DNA of 64,000 nucleotides from an uncultured Acidobacteriota bacterium (lineage in GTDB: Bacteria; Acidobacteriota; Vicinamibacteria; Vicinamibacterales; 2-12-FULL-66-21). Position numbers and translations under genes: made by a program. The notes beneath the pieces are model-generated. The model saw nothing but the letters and a program-made list of their open reading frames with translations. It was not told where the DNA came from and did no database searches. Shown piece after piece: positions 51,801 to 60,672 of this stretch (the first letter of the stretch is position 1; each line of letters starts with the position of its first letter). Location: NCBI GenBank assembly GCA_963834305.1, contig CAWIAX010000003.1, positions 53 through 64,052 on the forward strand. The letters are read 5' to 3'.

Positions 51801-52574
51801 GATCTCGGCGGCCATGTTGAGCTGCTGGTCGATGAGCGCCGCACCGAGCGATCCGAACCCGATGACGACCGCGATGAGCTGAATCTGTCTCGACTCGCGC
51901 AGCAGCTGCAGCGCTCGCGCGAACGTGACGCCGCGCTCCTCGTCCACGGCCGCGCCGGCATCGGCCGCCTGCCGCTCCCTGCCCAGGATGATCGACACGA
52001 TGACCAGGCAGGCGATCAGGGCGCCTGCGCTCCACAACAGCAGCGCGTTCGCGCCGACCGTTTCGATGATCGCCGCCGTCAGGCCGGCGCCGGCCATGCC
52101 GCCGAGCATCACGCCGCCGCCGACGAAGCCGAACAGCCGCTTCGCCTGGCGTGGATCGTAGATCGCGTTCGCCAGCGTCCAGAACTGGCTGATCAGCAGC
52201 GCGCCGAGCAGGAAGCCCCAGAGATAGAAGGCGACCGACACCCAGTCGCCCCCCGTCTGGAAGAGCGCCCAGAACGCCAGCATGACGCCCGCCATCGCCG
52301 CCTGGGTGACGGGCAGCGCCCAGCGGCGCGGCAGCAGGCCGACCAGCCGCGTGTACCCGACCATCAGCAGGCTGATGACCAGGCCGGATCCCAGGATCAC
52401 CCAGGGTACGTTCACGGCGCCCAGGCTGTTGATCAGTTTCGAGCGGGTCAGCGGCTGAATGATGTTGTAGGCGGCCATCGCCAGGAAGGCGTAGGCGAAC
52501 AGCAACAGCGCAGTCGGCGTCTCGTCGCGGCGGACGTCGGCGAACGGAGTCAGTGCCCGCTGCAGCAGGGACAT
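48888..52574 (-). CDS. NTT/TLC (Npt1-like) nucleotide transporter fused to HEAT repeats and two cNMP-binding-like domains
   Basis: About 12 TM helices with FWTLANAIYDPRQAKRLFG and RYTVDKTTREVLFLPL, a long HEAT region, LRQLPLFASL...QEG and LQRVPAFSRV cNMP-domain starts. Confidence 0.88.
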   Translation of the reverse strand: MSLLQRALTPFADVRRDETPTALLLFAYAFLAMAAYNIIQPLTRSKLINSLGAVNVPWVILGSGLVISLLMVGYTRLVGLLPRRWALPVTQAAMAGVMLAFWALFQTGGDWVSVAFYLWGFLLGALLISQFWTLANAIYDPRQAKRLFGFVGGGVMLGGMAGAGLTAAIIETVGANALLLWSAGALIACLVIVSIILGRERQAADAGAAVDEERGVTFARALQLLRESRQIQLIAVVIGFGSLGAALIDQQLNMAAEIFRGAGQEDSVGAFLAQIRFYISAAAFVIQVWITPRIHRYLGIGFALLILPTNLGLTAGLILLNQALWAPSLSSVLDRSFRYTVDKTTREVLFLPLPSQLRQEVKPFVDVTVDRLSRGFGALLMLVLIQPWGVALQWYQLSYVSFGLAAVWYVMAFRAKREYLASFRRSIEQRVVRPEEVRLSGSELSTVEALVQELAHPDPARVVYAIDVLESLDKRNLVTPLLLYHAAAAVRARALAALGAARPDIAARWAPHIRRMVGDADAGVRAAAICALSAISQEDAATLARPMLSDGNPRIRVTAAAALAASGDDDDLNAAEAALVDVIADTSSGAREARRDAAVAIRQAAAPRFRRLLIPLLYDPSPDVADEAMASVRAAGTGDVVFVPTLVALLRHRRLKGQARSVLVSYGDPVIGVLAHFLREPEEDSWVRRHIPATLALIPSQQSVDALGAALGDPDGFLRYKVVAALERLRRDADGLAFPREQIERLALSEGRQFFNYLSLRDNLFGKRTLPPDSLLELALDQKLDRIRDRIFRLLSLVYPWQDILAARDTLRRGDSRSRASALEYLDNLLTGPLRKQILPVLEDQPIEDKVRRGNVLLKTRPRDVEGTLLQLINDDDQVVAAAAIDLVRQRKMWSLADDLEHVLAHRDARDWYVFESASWALAERRMPAERRRELWHEPLPAAELAARLRQLPLFASLSVDELFRLAGASRQVQHETGSVLLQEGAVPESIHLLLDGAVVASSREGAPRRLDPPMALGFSEALAGTAMRDALRTMDGAVTLALTVEELRTLLSENTDLVIGLFTTLAKRGEDADAPVQHTAAAADLDALPADGLAPVEKVFALQRVPAFSRVSAEEMRHLADAAQIVAMTAGSALFAASSPAAVWLLLSGEVVLVSPSGAPPVTAAGGDVIGSMSMMAGRSLGRSATVVRDGVALRLDRDDLLALTSERPELLRQLFAGLFRNEAFVT

Positions 52575-52650
52575 GGCGAGACCTCGTTGGTGCCGGAGAT
52601 CAGGCTGTCAATCTACGTCGTTACCGCCTCACTGGCGGTGCCTGTTTTGA

Positions 52651-53310
52651 TCAGTATGGCTCGCGGCTCTCGAACGCACGCTTCCACCGCTGTCGCGGGT
52701 TGTCGAAGACCACGGCGGCGGGTTCGAACGAATCCGGATCGTATTCGCCTCCGGCCCATTGCAGCGTCGACTGGTGCTCGGGATGGCGGGGGTTGGCGAC
52801 CGTCCGCAGGAACTCGGCGTAGCCATGGACCCCGCCGCAGTCTTCGGGGGGACACCGCCGCGCGCCTGCCACGCAGCGCGGATAAGTGACCGATTCGTCA
52901 GCGCCCTCGATGCCCTCGTGAACCACGACGTGTTCCCAGTCGTCGCCGAAGTCGTAGGCGTACATCGCCGGGGGCGCGTGCCACGCCCGGCGCTCGAAGA
53001 ACCGCGACAGCCGGACTTCCCAGCCCGGAAGCACGGGCCGGTCCGCCGGGTCTTCGTCGTCAGGAATACCGATGGAGACCACCTGGTTCTCCGACGCATC
53101 CAGCAGCCGGAACTCGTGCAGGTGATAGTCGAGCCATCCCATCGCGTCCTGGATGGCCACGTGCAGGTCCCAGAAGGAGTAGCGCTCCGGGACCTGGATT
53201 CGCCGCCATACCAGCGGATTCGTGCCGGTGAGGACGATGAGGAACTGGTGGACGATCTTGGGCCGGCTTCGCTTGACGGCGGCACCAGCGGTTGAGGGCG
53301 TCTTGGACAA
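52651..53310 (-). CDS. Plasmid pRiA4b ORF-3 family protein
   Basis: VWRRIQVP, LHVAIQDAMGW.DYHLHEF, YDFGDDWEH, CPPEDCGG; GAGGAG SD before TTG 53310 (alternative start ATG 53352). Confidence 0.88.
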   Translation of the reverse strand: MSKTPSTAGAAVKRSRPKIVHQFLIVLTGTNPLVWRRIQVPERYSFWDLHVAIQDAMGWLDYHLHEFRLLDASENQVVSIGIPDDEDPADRPVLPGWEVRLSRFFERRAWHAPPAMYAYDFGDDWEHVVVHEGIEGADESVTYPRCVAGARRCPPEDCGGVHGYAEFLRTVANPRHPEHQSTLQWAGGEYDPDSFEPAAVVFDNPRQRWKRAFESREPY

Positions 53311-53422
53311 TTGCCGGGCTCCTCGTTTGCGGGTTGCTTGATGATGCCGCATTTCGTCCGCCTTCGCCCGCTGCGGGCCACGGCGGGACAGGAACCCCGA
53401 TAACGTGGTCCAGAGGTCACAC

Positions 53423-55061
53423 TCACCCCGGCGGGCGCACCCCGAGATCAGCGCCGGCCAGGCGGCCGACGGCGGCAATCAGCTGCACCGGATCCACCGG
53501 CTTGACCAGGTGCGCGGCAAACCCCGCGGCGGCGCTCCGCGTCCGGTCGTGCGGCTGGCCGTAGCCGGTCAGCGCAATCATCTGGAAGACGCGATCGGGA
53601 TGCCGCAGCCGCAGCTCGGCGGCGGTCTGGTAGCCGTCCATGTCGGGCAGGCCGATGTCGAGCACGACGACGTCGGGGTGCCAGCCGGCAACGCGCTCGA
53701 GCGCCTCCAGCCCGCTGTAGGCGACTTCGACCCGGTGGCCGGCATCGGTGAGCACGGTGGCCGCCAGAATCCGCGGCATCGCTGTTGTCGTCCACCACGA
53801 GCACGTTGATGCCGCTGCCCGCCGCCACACTGTCCAGCTCGTCGTCGGGGTCCACCGCGCGCGCGGTGGCGACCGGCCCCGCCGCGAGCGGCAGCGTCAC
53901 GAGGAACTCGCTGCCCGTGCCCGGCCCGTCGCTGAACGCGGCCACGGTGCCGCCGTGCGCCTGCACGAGCTGCTTCACGAGCGCCAGGCCGATGCCCAGT
54001 CCGCCTTCCGACCGGCCCAGGCTGCGCCGCCCCTGCACGAACAGGTCGAAGACGTGCGGCAGCAGGTCGGGCGCCAGGCCGGTGCCGTTGTCGATCACCC
54101 GGACGGTGACGATGGCGCCGCTGGCGGTGGCGAAGACGGCGATGCGGCCGCCGCCGGGCGTGTACTTCGCCGCGTTCGTCAGCAGGTTCAACAGCACCTG
54201 GGTCAGCCGCAGCGGATCGCCATCCACGACCAGCCCTTGCGGCACCTCCACCTCGACGGCGTGCCCGGCGGCTTCGACAGCCGGCATCACCGCCTCGATG
54301 GCCCGCGCCACCACATCGGCGAGATCGATCCGTTCTGAGCGCAGCTCGATCTTGCCGCGCGCGATCCGGGAGACGTCGAGCAGGTCGTCGACCAGGCGGC
54401 GCAGGTGCTGCACCTGCCGTTCGATGATCTGCTGCTCCCGTGTCTTGGCGGCGCCCGCCTTCAGGGCCATCAGCTGTACGGCGGTCACGATTGGCGCCAG
54501 CGGGTTGCGCAGCTCGTGCCCCAGCATGGCCAGGAACTCGTCCTTGGCGCGCTGGGCTTCGTCGCGCTGATGAATGACCCGGGCGGTCTCCAGGCCGGAG
54601 GCGGCGAGGCTCAGGCCGGCACGCACCAGCACCAGCTCGGTCGCGTCGGGAAACCCGGGCCGGGACGAGCCGACAACGATGCGCCCGACTTCGCCGGCGT
54701 AGCCAATCGGCAGGCACAGACAGTGGACGGCGGTGCCCGACAGATCGATGGTGTCCCGCCGCTCACCAGGAGTGCCGGCGTCGGCCACCGCGATGACCGC
54801 CGCACCCGCGGGGTCTGCCGGCAGAACGGGCATCCGCCCGATGCGGAGGACGTCGAGCCGCACGGTGCCGTCGATGGTGGTGGAGCCGTAGCACACGTCC
54901 AGCCCGAGCAGGGACTCGAGCGCTTCGAAGAACGTCCGCAGCACGAGCGCCGGATCGGTGCCGCTCCAGAAGGCAGGGAGAGCGAGCAGACTCGTCAGGT
55001 CGCGGAGCAGGCGCTGCTGCGCGACAGATTCCGCGACCTGACCAGGGACGTCATTCATCAC
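53423..55061 (-). CDS. Hybrid sensor histidine kinase/response regulator with GAF-like input; +1 frameshift near 53770
   Basis: FLAMLGHELRNPLAPI, NLLTNAAKY, DNGTG, GLGIGL, then receiver VVDDN / LDIGLPDMDG / ALTGYG / LVKP. Confidence 0.92.
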
Positions 55062-55071
55062 ATACGACGTG

Positions 55072-55704
55072 TCACACAGCTGCGCCGGACATCAGCTCCC
55101 GCTGCCGCAGCTCCTCGAGCATCTGCGCCGGCGGGGTGAAGAAGGGATTGCGGTGCACGACGCCGTTGACCAGCGTGAGCGGGTGGGCGCGGAGGATGTC
55201 CATCATCAGCGACCCGGGCAGGCGGCTCAGGTCGTAGACGCACACCGCGGGCTGCTTCTCGCGCGACAGCACCTCGTTGACCCGCACCTCGTATTCGATC
55301 AACCGGTCCGCTCCCGGGGGCCCGTCGAGCGCCCAGTTCATGTTGCCCATGATGCGGGTGCGCGGATAGCCCTCCTGGCGGGCGTTCTCGATCACCCCCT
55401 GCACGGCCGTCAGCATCTGCTCCTGGTCGAACACGCCATTGCGAAGGTAGGTGTCGGCCCAGGTGTAGACCTGGAACTGCCCGGTCTTGCCGCAGCCGCA
55501 GGCATCGATGCCATGCTGCTCGAGCCTCGCCTCGTGATCGGCGACGAGGCGCTGATCAACGACGTGCAGCAGTTTCTCTCCCCAGTCGAGCGTCTCGCGG
55601 TAGAAAGGGGCCAGCACGCGATATTCGTCTTCGCGGCTGCCGAAGAAGGCGCACACGTGGTAATACGGATCGAGCGTGGTGCCGGCAAGCGATGGCTCTT
55701 TCAT
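55072..55704 (-). CDS. Stand-alone MEDS domain sensory protein
   Basis: HVCAFF, GEK, TYLRNGVFD, RIMGNMNWA, EYEVRVN, VCVYD, ILRAHP, NPFF; GGAGGA SD. Confidence 0.88.
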   Translation of the reverse strand: MKEPSLAGTTLDPYYHVCAFFGSREDEYRVLAPFYRETLDWGEKLLHVVDQRLVADHEARLEQHGIDACGCGKTGQFQVYTWADTYLRNGVFDQEQMLTAVQGVIENARQEGYPRTRIMGNMNWALDGPPGADRLIEYEVRVNEVLSREKQPAVCVYDLSRLPGSLMMDILRAHPLTLVNGVVHRNPFFTPPAQMLEELRQRELMSGAAV

Positions 55705-55826
55705 AGGGTCCTCCGGTAGTCGTCCAGGCCGGGCCGGGCCGCGGGTCCGCACGGCTGTGGATCCGGGACTCCGCCACGGACCGTCGTGGCGCGCGTTCAC
55801 TGCTCAGGAAAATTGGTCCGACGCCC

Positions 55827-55846
55827 CGATTTTAAGGGAAAAATCG
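55827..55846. promoter_or_regulatory. AT-rich palindrome CGATTTT-N6-AAAATCG (possible regulator site upstream of the MEDS operon)
   Basis: Perfect 7-bp inverted repeat in an AT-rich intergenic patch about 125 bp upstream of the MEDS start. Confidence 0.35.
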
Positions 55847-55856
55847 ACGCTTTGAA

Positions 55857-55874
55857 CTAGGGGTCTTCCCCTAG
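55857..55874 (-). terminator. Hairpin overlapping the stop codon of the ceramidase-like gene
   Basis: CTAGGGG-tctt-CCCCTAG inverted repeat; only a short U-tract follows. Confidence 0.35.
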
Positions 55875-57184
55875 GGACGCCCTGGCTTGTCCTTCCACAT
55901 CCCCAGCAGGTCGTAGAGGTTGGTGAGGTGCCGGAGCATGATCTTCTCGCCGGCCCCGACCTCGATGCGGGTGCTGGCGTCCGCGCCATAGCCGCCATAG
56001 GCCGCCGAGCGCAGGTCCGGAATGTAGCCAGCCCAGGTGCCCCCCGCACTCCAGGTGTAGCCGTAGAAGAGGGGATGCGGCACGTCGGCCTGCTCCTTCC
56101 ACATCCGCTGGAGCTTGTGGAGCGGCTCGCCAGGGACGGTCGCAATCGCCACCTCGCGGCCGATCAGGATGGTCGTGATCCCGGTCTCGACGGTCTTCTC
56201 CTTCTCCCAGCGCTCGGCAAACGTCAGCACCTCGCTGCGGACGCGAATCGGGCCGGTCACGGACTCAAGCGCCCGCACGGTCTTGTTCACACGCAGCACT
56301 TCGCCCGCAAGCAGCTGCCCCATCTTCTCCATGACGGCAAAGTCGTCGTCTTCCCGGCCCGATCGCCCCTGGAAGAGCGGATTGATGTCGCCGGCGCCTC
56401 CCTGCACGAACATCACCTGGGTGCCCTCGAGCGCTTTCTCGACCGCCGACTGCACGACGCCGGGATAGTCGGCTGAATACTTACAGCTGGTCGTGCCGAG
56501 GACGACGGCGTGCGCGGCGTAATGGACGAGGAGCGCCCGCCAACGGCCGTCCGCGTCTTCCACCCGCAGCAGCACGAGCTCGGGATCCACCGGGCCGTAG
56601 GGCACGCGTTCGAGGTTGTCGAAGAGGGCGCGCGACCGTCCATCCTCGCGAAGGAGCAGCCGGTTGTAGCCCAGTTGCAGGGATCCCCTGCCGATCGCCA
56701 GGCGCGCCGGAAACATCGCGCGCGACGCGTCGCCGATGGCGACGAAGATCCGGCGCTCGAGCTCCGTCAGGTAGGTCGTCGCGTCTCCTCCGGTCGCCGG
56801 GGCGCTGCCGAACGGGAGGAACGCCGGCGCGGAATGGGTGTGCGACGCGGCAAGCAGCAGGACCGGGATGTCGAGCTTCGACGCCACGTCGCGGCGGAGG
56901 TTGTCCGACACCAGGCTGCCGAGGTCGGCGGTCACCAGCGCCACCCGGCTGCCGCCGGACTCGAGGACCAGCACCTTCGCGAACAGCGGATCGTGCGTCC
57001 CGTCCGCCGGGCCGCACTTCCGGTTGGCATAGCCGTACATCGTCATCAGCGTGGCGGGCGTGATCTCCACGCGGGCAACGCCGGCCCTGAGCTCGGCGGC
57101 CGCGGGCGCGGCAGCCGGGAACGCCAGCGCGGACAGGACAAGGCCGCCCGCGATCCAGGCTGCCGGCGCGATTCGCTTCATCAC
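55871..57184 (-). CDS. Exported neutral/alkaline ceramidase N-terminal-domain family hydrolase
   Basis: AGVARVEITP, HDPLFAKVLVL, SHTHSAP, YAAHA, SADYPG, QGGAGDINP, PGE, GYIP. Confidence 0.85.
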   Translation of the reverse strand: MMKRIAPAAWIAGGLVLSALAFPAAAPAAAELRAGVARVEITPATLMTMYGYANRKCGPADGTHDPLFAKVLVLESGGSRVALVTADLGSLVSDNLRRDVASKLDIPVLLLAASHTHSAPAFLPFGSAPATGGDATTYLTELERRIFVAIGDASRAMFPARLAIGRGSLQLGYNRLLLREDGRSRALFDNLERVPYGPVDPELVLLRVEDADGRWRALLVHYAAHAVVLGTTSCKYSADYPGVVQSAVEKALEGTQVMFVQGGAGDINPLFQGRSGREDDDFAVMEKMGQLLAGEVLRVNKTVRALESVTGPIRVRSEVLTFAERWEKEKTVETGITTILIGREVAIATVPGEPLHKLQRMWKEQADVPHPLFYGYTWSAGGTWAGYIPDLRSAAYGGYGADASTRIEVGAGEKIMLRHLTNLYDLLGMWKDKPGRP

Positions 57185-59943
57185 TTCGCCTGTCCTCCTG
57201 GCGCCTCGGGCGCCTCATACAGCCGCAGCCGCTCCATCGTCCAGACGGGCGCATCTTCGACCGTGGCGGTCTGCGTGATGCGCACGAACTTCGCGTCCAC
57301 CGGTGCAAAGGCGATCGCCGTGGTGCGGCCGGTGCCCTGTCCCTCGGCAATCGGCCCCTTCCAGGTCTTGCCGTCGAGCGACACCTCGACGCGGTAGCCC
57401 TTCGGCGCCGTCACCGCCGGTGCCGCACCACCCCCGCCGCCAGCGATGATCTGGGAATCGAACTGGATCTCGGCCAGCGTGAAGACGCGCGGCAGCTCGA
57501 CCTGGAACCACATCCCGGCCTGCTGGGGTGCCCCGCTCGACCAGCGCGTGAAGTCGAACGCCGCGGCGGCGGCGGCCGCGTTGTGGCTGGCGCTCGCCCG
57601 CCACGTGGCGTCCGGCAGCAGCGGGCGCGGCAGCGCGCGGGTCAGCTCCTCGACGGTCCACAACGTGCTGCGTCCGGCGGTCGCATTGCGAGCGCGCGCC
57701 ACGTCGGCCTCGGTGACGACCGACGCCGAGTTGCCGAAGCTGTTGCGGACGAAGCTGGCGATGTCGGCGATCCAGGCATCGCTGCTCGCACCCATCGGCG
57801 CCATGACTTCCGCATACTTGCGGCCGTCGATCGGGCCGGTCAGCCCGTGGAGCATCGTACGGATCACGTAGTCGCGATGGCCGGCCACGCGCGGGGAACC
57901 GGCCAGCGACGGCGCCCGCAGGCCGCTGCCTCCCGGCATGGGCGCGCCGCGGCCGTCTTCCCCATGACAGGCAAAGCAGGTCTCGGCGTACGCGGTCGCG
58001 CCGCGCTCGACCGCGGTCCGCTCGAGCGCCGTGAGTGCGGCGCCGCGGCCCGCCGCGGCGGGCGGGTTCAGGATCCGCCCGGCAACGTGCTCGATGCCGC
58101 GCGCCTGACGGGAGTCCTTCACGGCAGTCACCGCCTCCTTCGTGCCGGGAACCTTGAGGTGGTTCAGCGTCAGCATGGCTTGAATGAGGACGTCCGTCTC
58201 CTTGTCCCCCTTCGCCACTGCCTGCCAGTCGGCGGCAAACGAGGTATCACCCGCCTTGTAGAGACTCTCGCTCGCCCGGATCGCCTGGATGCGCATTGCC
58301 GGATCCGAATCGTTGATCATCTCGCGCGCCAGCGCGGCGTCGAGGCTGCCAAGCCCTTCGAGCGTCCACAGCGCGTGCAGGCGGGCCAGCGGGTCCTGCC
58401 GCGCCCGCACCAGCTTCTGCAGCGCGGGAGCTACCGAACGATCCTGCTTCAGGACAAGGAGCTGCTGCGCCGTGTCGCGCCACCAGCCGTTGGGGTGGGA
58501 GAGGTGCTTCACCAGCTCTGCCGGCGGCGCGTTCAGCATGCGCGGCTTCGTCCGGTCGGGCGCCATCCCCTCGTGGGTGAGCCGCCACACGCGGCCGTGG
58601 CCGAGGATCTTGTTGAGTTGGTACTGCTTGATCTTCTCCCACAGGTAGGTGCCTTCCTTGGCCCACGGCGCCCCTTCAATGACGCCGCGATACATGTCGG
58701 CGATGTAGACCGCGCCATCGGGCGCGTTGGCGAGGCCGATTGGGCGGAACAGCGGATCGAGCGACCGGATGAACTCGCGCCGCGGATACACGTTCTGCAG
58801 CTGCGTCAGCCCGTCGCGTTTCACCGGACGCAGCCGCCGGACGGATCGCGCCACCGTTTCGCCGTAGAGATAGTCGCCAACGAGATCCTTCGGCAGCCGG
58901 TGGCCACGATAAATGGTGTTACCGGCGGCGGCCGTGCCATAGATCACGGAGCCGTCGGGCAGGCGCGTGCCCGGGAGCCCCGCCTGGACGTCGCCAATCA
59001 GGATGGGCGCACCCCACACGATCTCGAGGTCGGGCTCGAACTGGTCGGACCACGCGAAGTTGCCGTAGTGCACCGGGAACTGGAAATACCCTGGCAGGCC
59101 GCTGGCGCCGTGCTGGAACCAGACTTTGCCGTGATTGTCCTGGGTGGCGCCCCACTGCGACGCGCTCGGGCCTGTAGACTCACGGATCACGCCGTTCGGC
59201 GTCCAGCGGATGCGGAATGAATTGACGGTGCTGTACAGCCAGTTGTCCATCGCCCAGAACAGGTTCGAGGGCTGCGCCTCCATGCTGCCGCCGCGGCCGA
59301 AGTTCGCGGTGAACAGCTCCTTCCGGTCCGCCACGCCGTCGCCGTCGGTGTCGGTGTACTTCCAGACCTCGTCGTTGTTCGTTTCGGCCGTCAGCACGGC
59401 GTTCGCGCCGAACGGCATCGCGAAGCGCGGGAACATCAGCTTGTCGACGAACACGGTGTGGTGCTCGAACGTGCCGTCGCCGTCGCGATCCTCGTGGGCC
59501 GAGATCCGGCCGGTCTGCGCCAGCGAATCGACGCCGTCGGTCTGCTCGTAGCCGCGGAGCTCGACCACGAACATGCGGCCGTTGCCGTCGAACGTCACCT
59601 GCCCGGGAGAGTCGATGAGCGGGTCCGCGAGGACGGGCTCCATGCGGTAGCCGGCGGGCAGCCAGAACTGCTGCGCCTGTTCGTCGGGGCTGAGCGGCTT
59701 GACCGGGGGCTTTGGCGACAGATCGGCGGTCGCGTTGGCAGGATCGCTGGCTTCGGGCGCGGCGCCAGGCCCCTTGCCGCCGCCCGGCGTCTGGATCGCG
59801 CTCGCGCGCCCCTGCGCCAGCACCGTGCCACCAGGCAGCGGAGAGGGTGCCGAAGGCCCGCTCAGCATGCCGCCGACGAGGAAAGCAAAGGCCGGCAGGG
59901 CAGCGATTCCCGCTGCCGCCGCGCGCACGCGCCGCATGTTCAT
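57181..59943 (-). CDS. PVC-type membrane-bound dehydrogenase-like protein: propeller, HEAT repeats, cytochrome c, discoidin (F5/8)
   Basis: FWLPAGYRME, GRMFVVELRGY, DTDGDGVAD, FRP..LANAPDG..YIADMYRG, NGWWRDTAQ, CFACH, RWSSG...FVRITQT. Confidence 0.88.
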   Translation of the reverse strand: MNMRRVRAAAAGIAALPAFAFLVGGMLSGPSAPSPLPGGTVLAQGRASAIQTPGGGKGPGAAPEASDPANATADLSPKPPVKPLSPDEQAQQFWLPAGYRMEPVLADPLIDSPGQVTFDGNGRMFVVELRGYEQTDGVDSLAQTGRISAHEDRDGDGTFEHHTVFVDKLMFPRFAMPFGANAVLTAETNNDEVWKYTDTDGDGVADRKELFTANFGRGGSMEAQPSNLFWAMDNWLYSTVNSFRIRWTPNGVIRESTGPSASQWGATQDNHGKVWFQHGASGLPGYFQFPVHYGNFAWSDQFEPDLEIVWGAPILIGDVQAGLPGTRLPDGSVIYGTAAAGNTIYRGHRLPKDLVGDYLYGETVARSVRRLRPVKRDGLTQLQNVYPRREFIRSLDPLFRPIGLANAPDGAVYIADMYRGVIEGAPWAKEGTYLWEKIKQYQLNKILGHGRVWRLTHEGMAPDRTKPRMLNAPPAELVKHLSHPNGWWRDTAQQLLVLKQDRSVAPALQKLVRARQDPLARLHALWTLEGLGSLDAALAREMINDSDPAMRIQAIRASESLYKAGDTSFAADWQAVAKGDKETDVLIQAMLTLNHLKVPGTKEAVTAVKDSRQARGIEHVAGRILNPPAAAGRGAALTALERTAVERGATAYAETCFACHGEDGRGAPMPGGSGLRAPSLAGSPRVAGHRDYVIRTMLHGLTGPIDGRKYAEVMAPMGASSDAWIADIASFVRNSFGNSASVVTEADVARARNATAGRSTLWTVEELTRALPRPLLPDATWRASASHNAAAAAAAFDFTRWSSGAPQQAGMWFQVELPRVFTLAEIQFDSQIIAGGGGGAAPAVTAPKGYRVEVSLDGKTWKGPIAEGQGTGRTTAIAFAPVDAKFVRITQTATVEDAPVWTMERLRLYEAPEAPGGQAK

Positions 59944-60043
59944 CTCTGCGAATCTCCTGCCCCGAAGGCGCACGCACGCGGTGCGGGGGCTGCACGCCCC
60001 GTCTTCACGCGGGCGAGTGTGGTCGTTGAGTGTCCCGCCGCGG

Positions 60044-60472
60044 TCAGGAACTGATGTAGCGCTCGAGCGAGCGGATGGTGAACTGCTGTTCGTCGACGAT
60101 GGCACGGACGATGTCGCCGATGGAGATGACGCCGGTCAGCCGCTCCCCGTCCATGACGGGCAGGTGGCGGATGCGCTTCTCGGTCATCAGCGCCATGCAC
60201 TGCTCGGCGGACCATTCCGGCTCGACGCAGATGACCGGGGTCGTCATGATCTCGCTGACCAGCGTGTCCTCCGACTTCTTGCCGAGCAGGATGATCTTCC
60301 GCGCGTAATCCCGCTCGGACAGGATGCCGTCCACCTCCTGACCGCTGAGGACGAGCACCGCGCCGATGTTCTTCTCGGCCATCAGGCGGAGGGCGTGCAG
60401 CACCGTATCGTCGGGTTTGACGGAATAGATGGCGGGCTTGCCACGCAGCATGTGTCGCACGGTGGCTGACAT
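60044..60472 (-). CDS. CBS domain pair protein
   Basis: MAEKNIGAVLV, GILSERDYARK, IMT, RIRHLPV, GVISIGD; GAGGAG SD. Confidence 0.92.
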   Translation of the reverse strand: MSATVRHMLRGKPAIYSVKPDDTVLHALRLMAEKNIGAVLVLSGQEVDGILSERDYARKIILLGKKSEDTLVSEIMTTPVICVEPEWSAEQCMALMTEKRIRHLPVMDGERLTGVISIGDIVRAIVDEQQFTIRSLERYISS

Positions 60473-60672
60473 GTTCCGGCACTCCTCGCGCCGCTCCCCG
60501 TCCGGATCCGCACCCGGACGGAGCGGCTCGCTGTTCGACGTGACCGATGGCCGCGCCGGGCGGTGGTCGCCGCTGCCCGGCCGCAGCAGGCGCCCATGGT
60601 AGCCCAATCGGCTCGACCGCGCCACGCGGCCGGCGCACGGGGGGCGCACGGGTGGGCCGGATGGTCCGGCGG

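Noticed and set aside
52651-53310. Insertion sequence around the pRiA4b ORF-3 gene
   Set aside because: No transposase, terminal inverted repeats or target-site duplication visible
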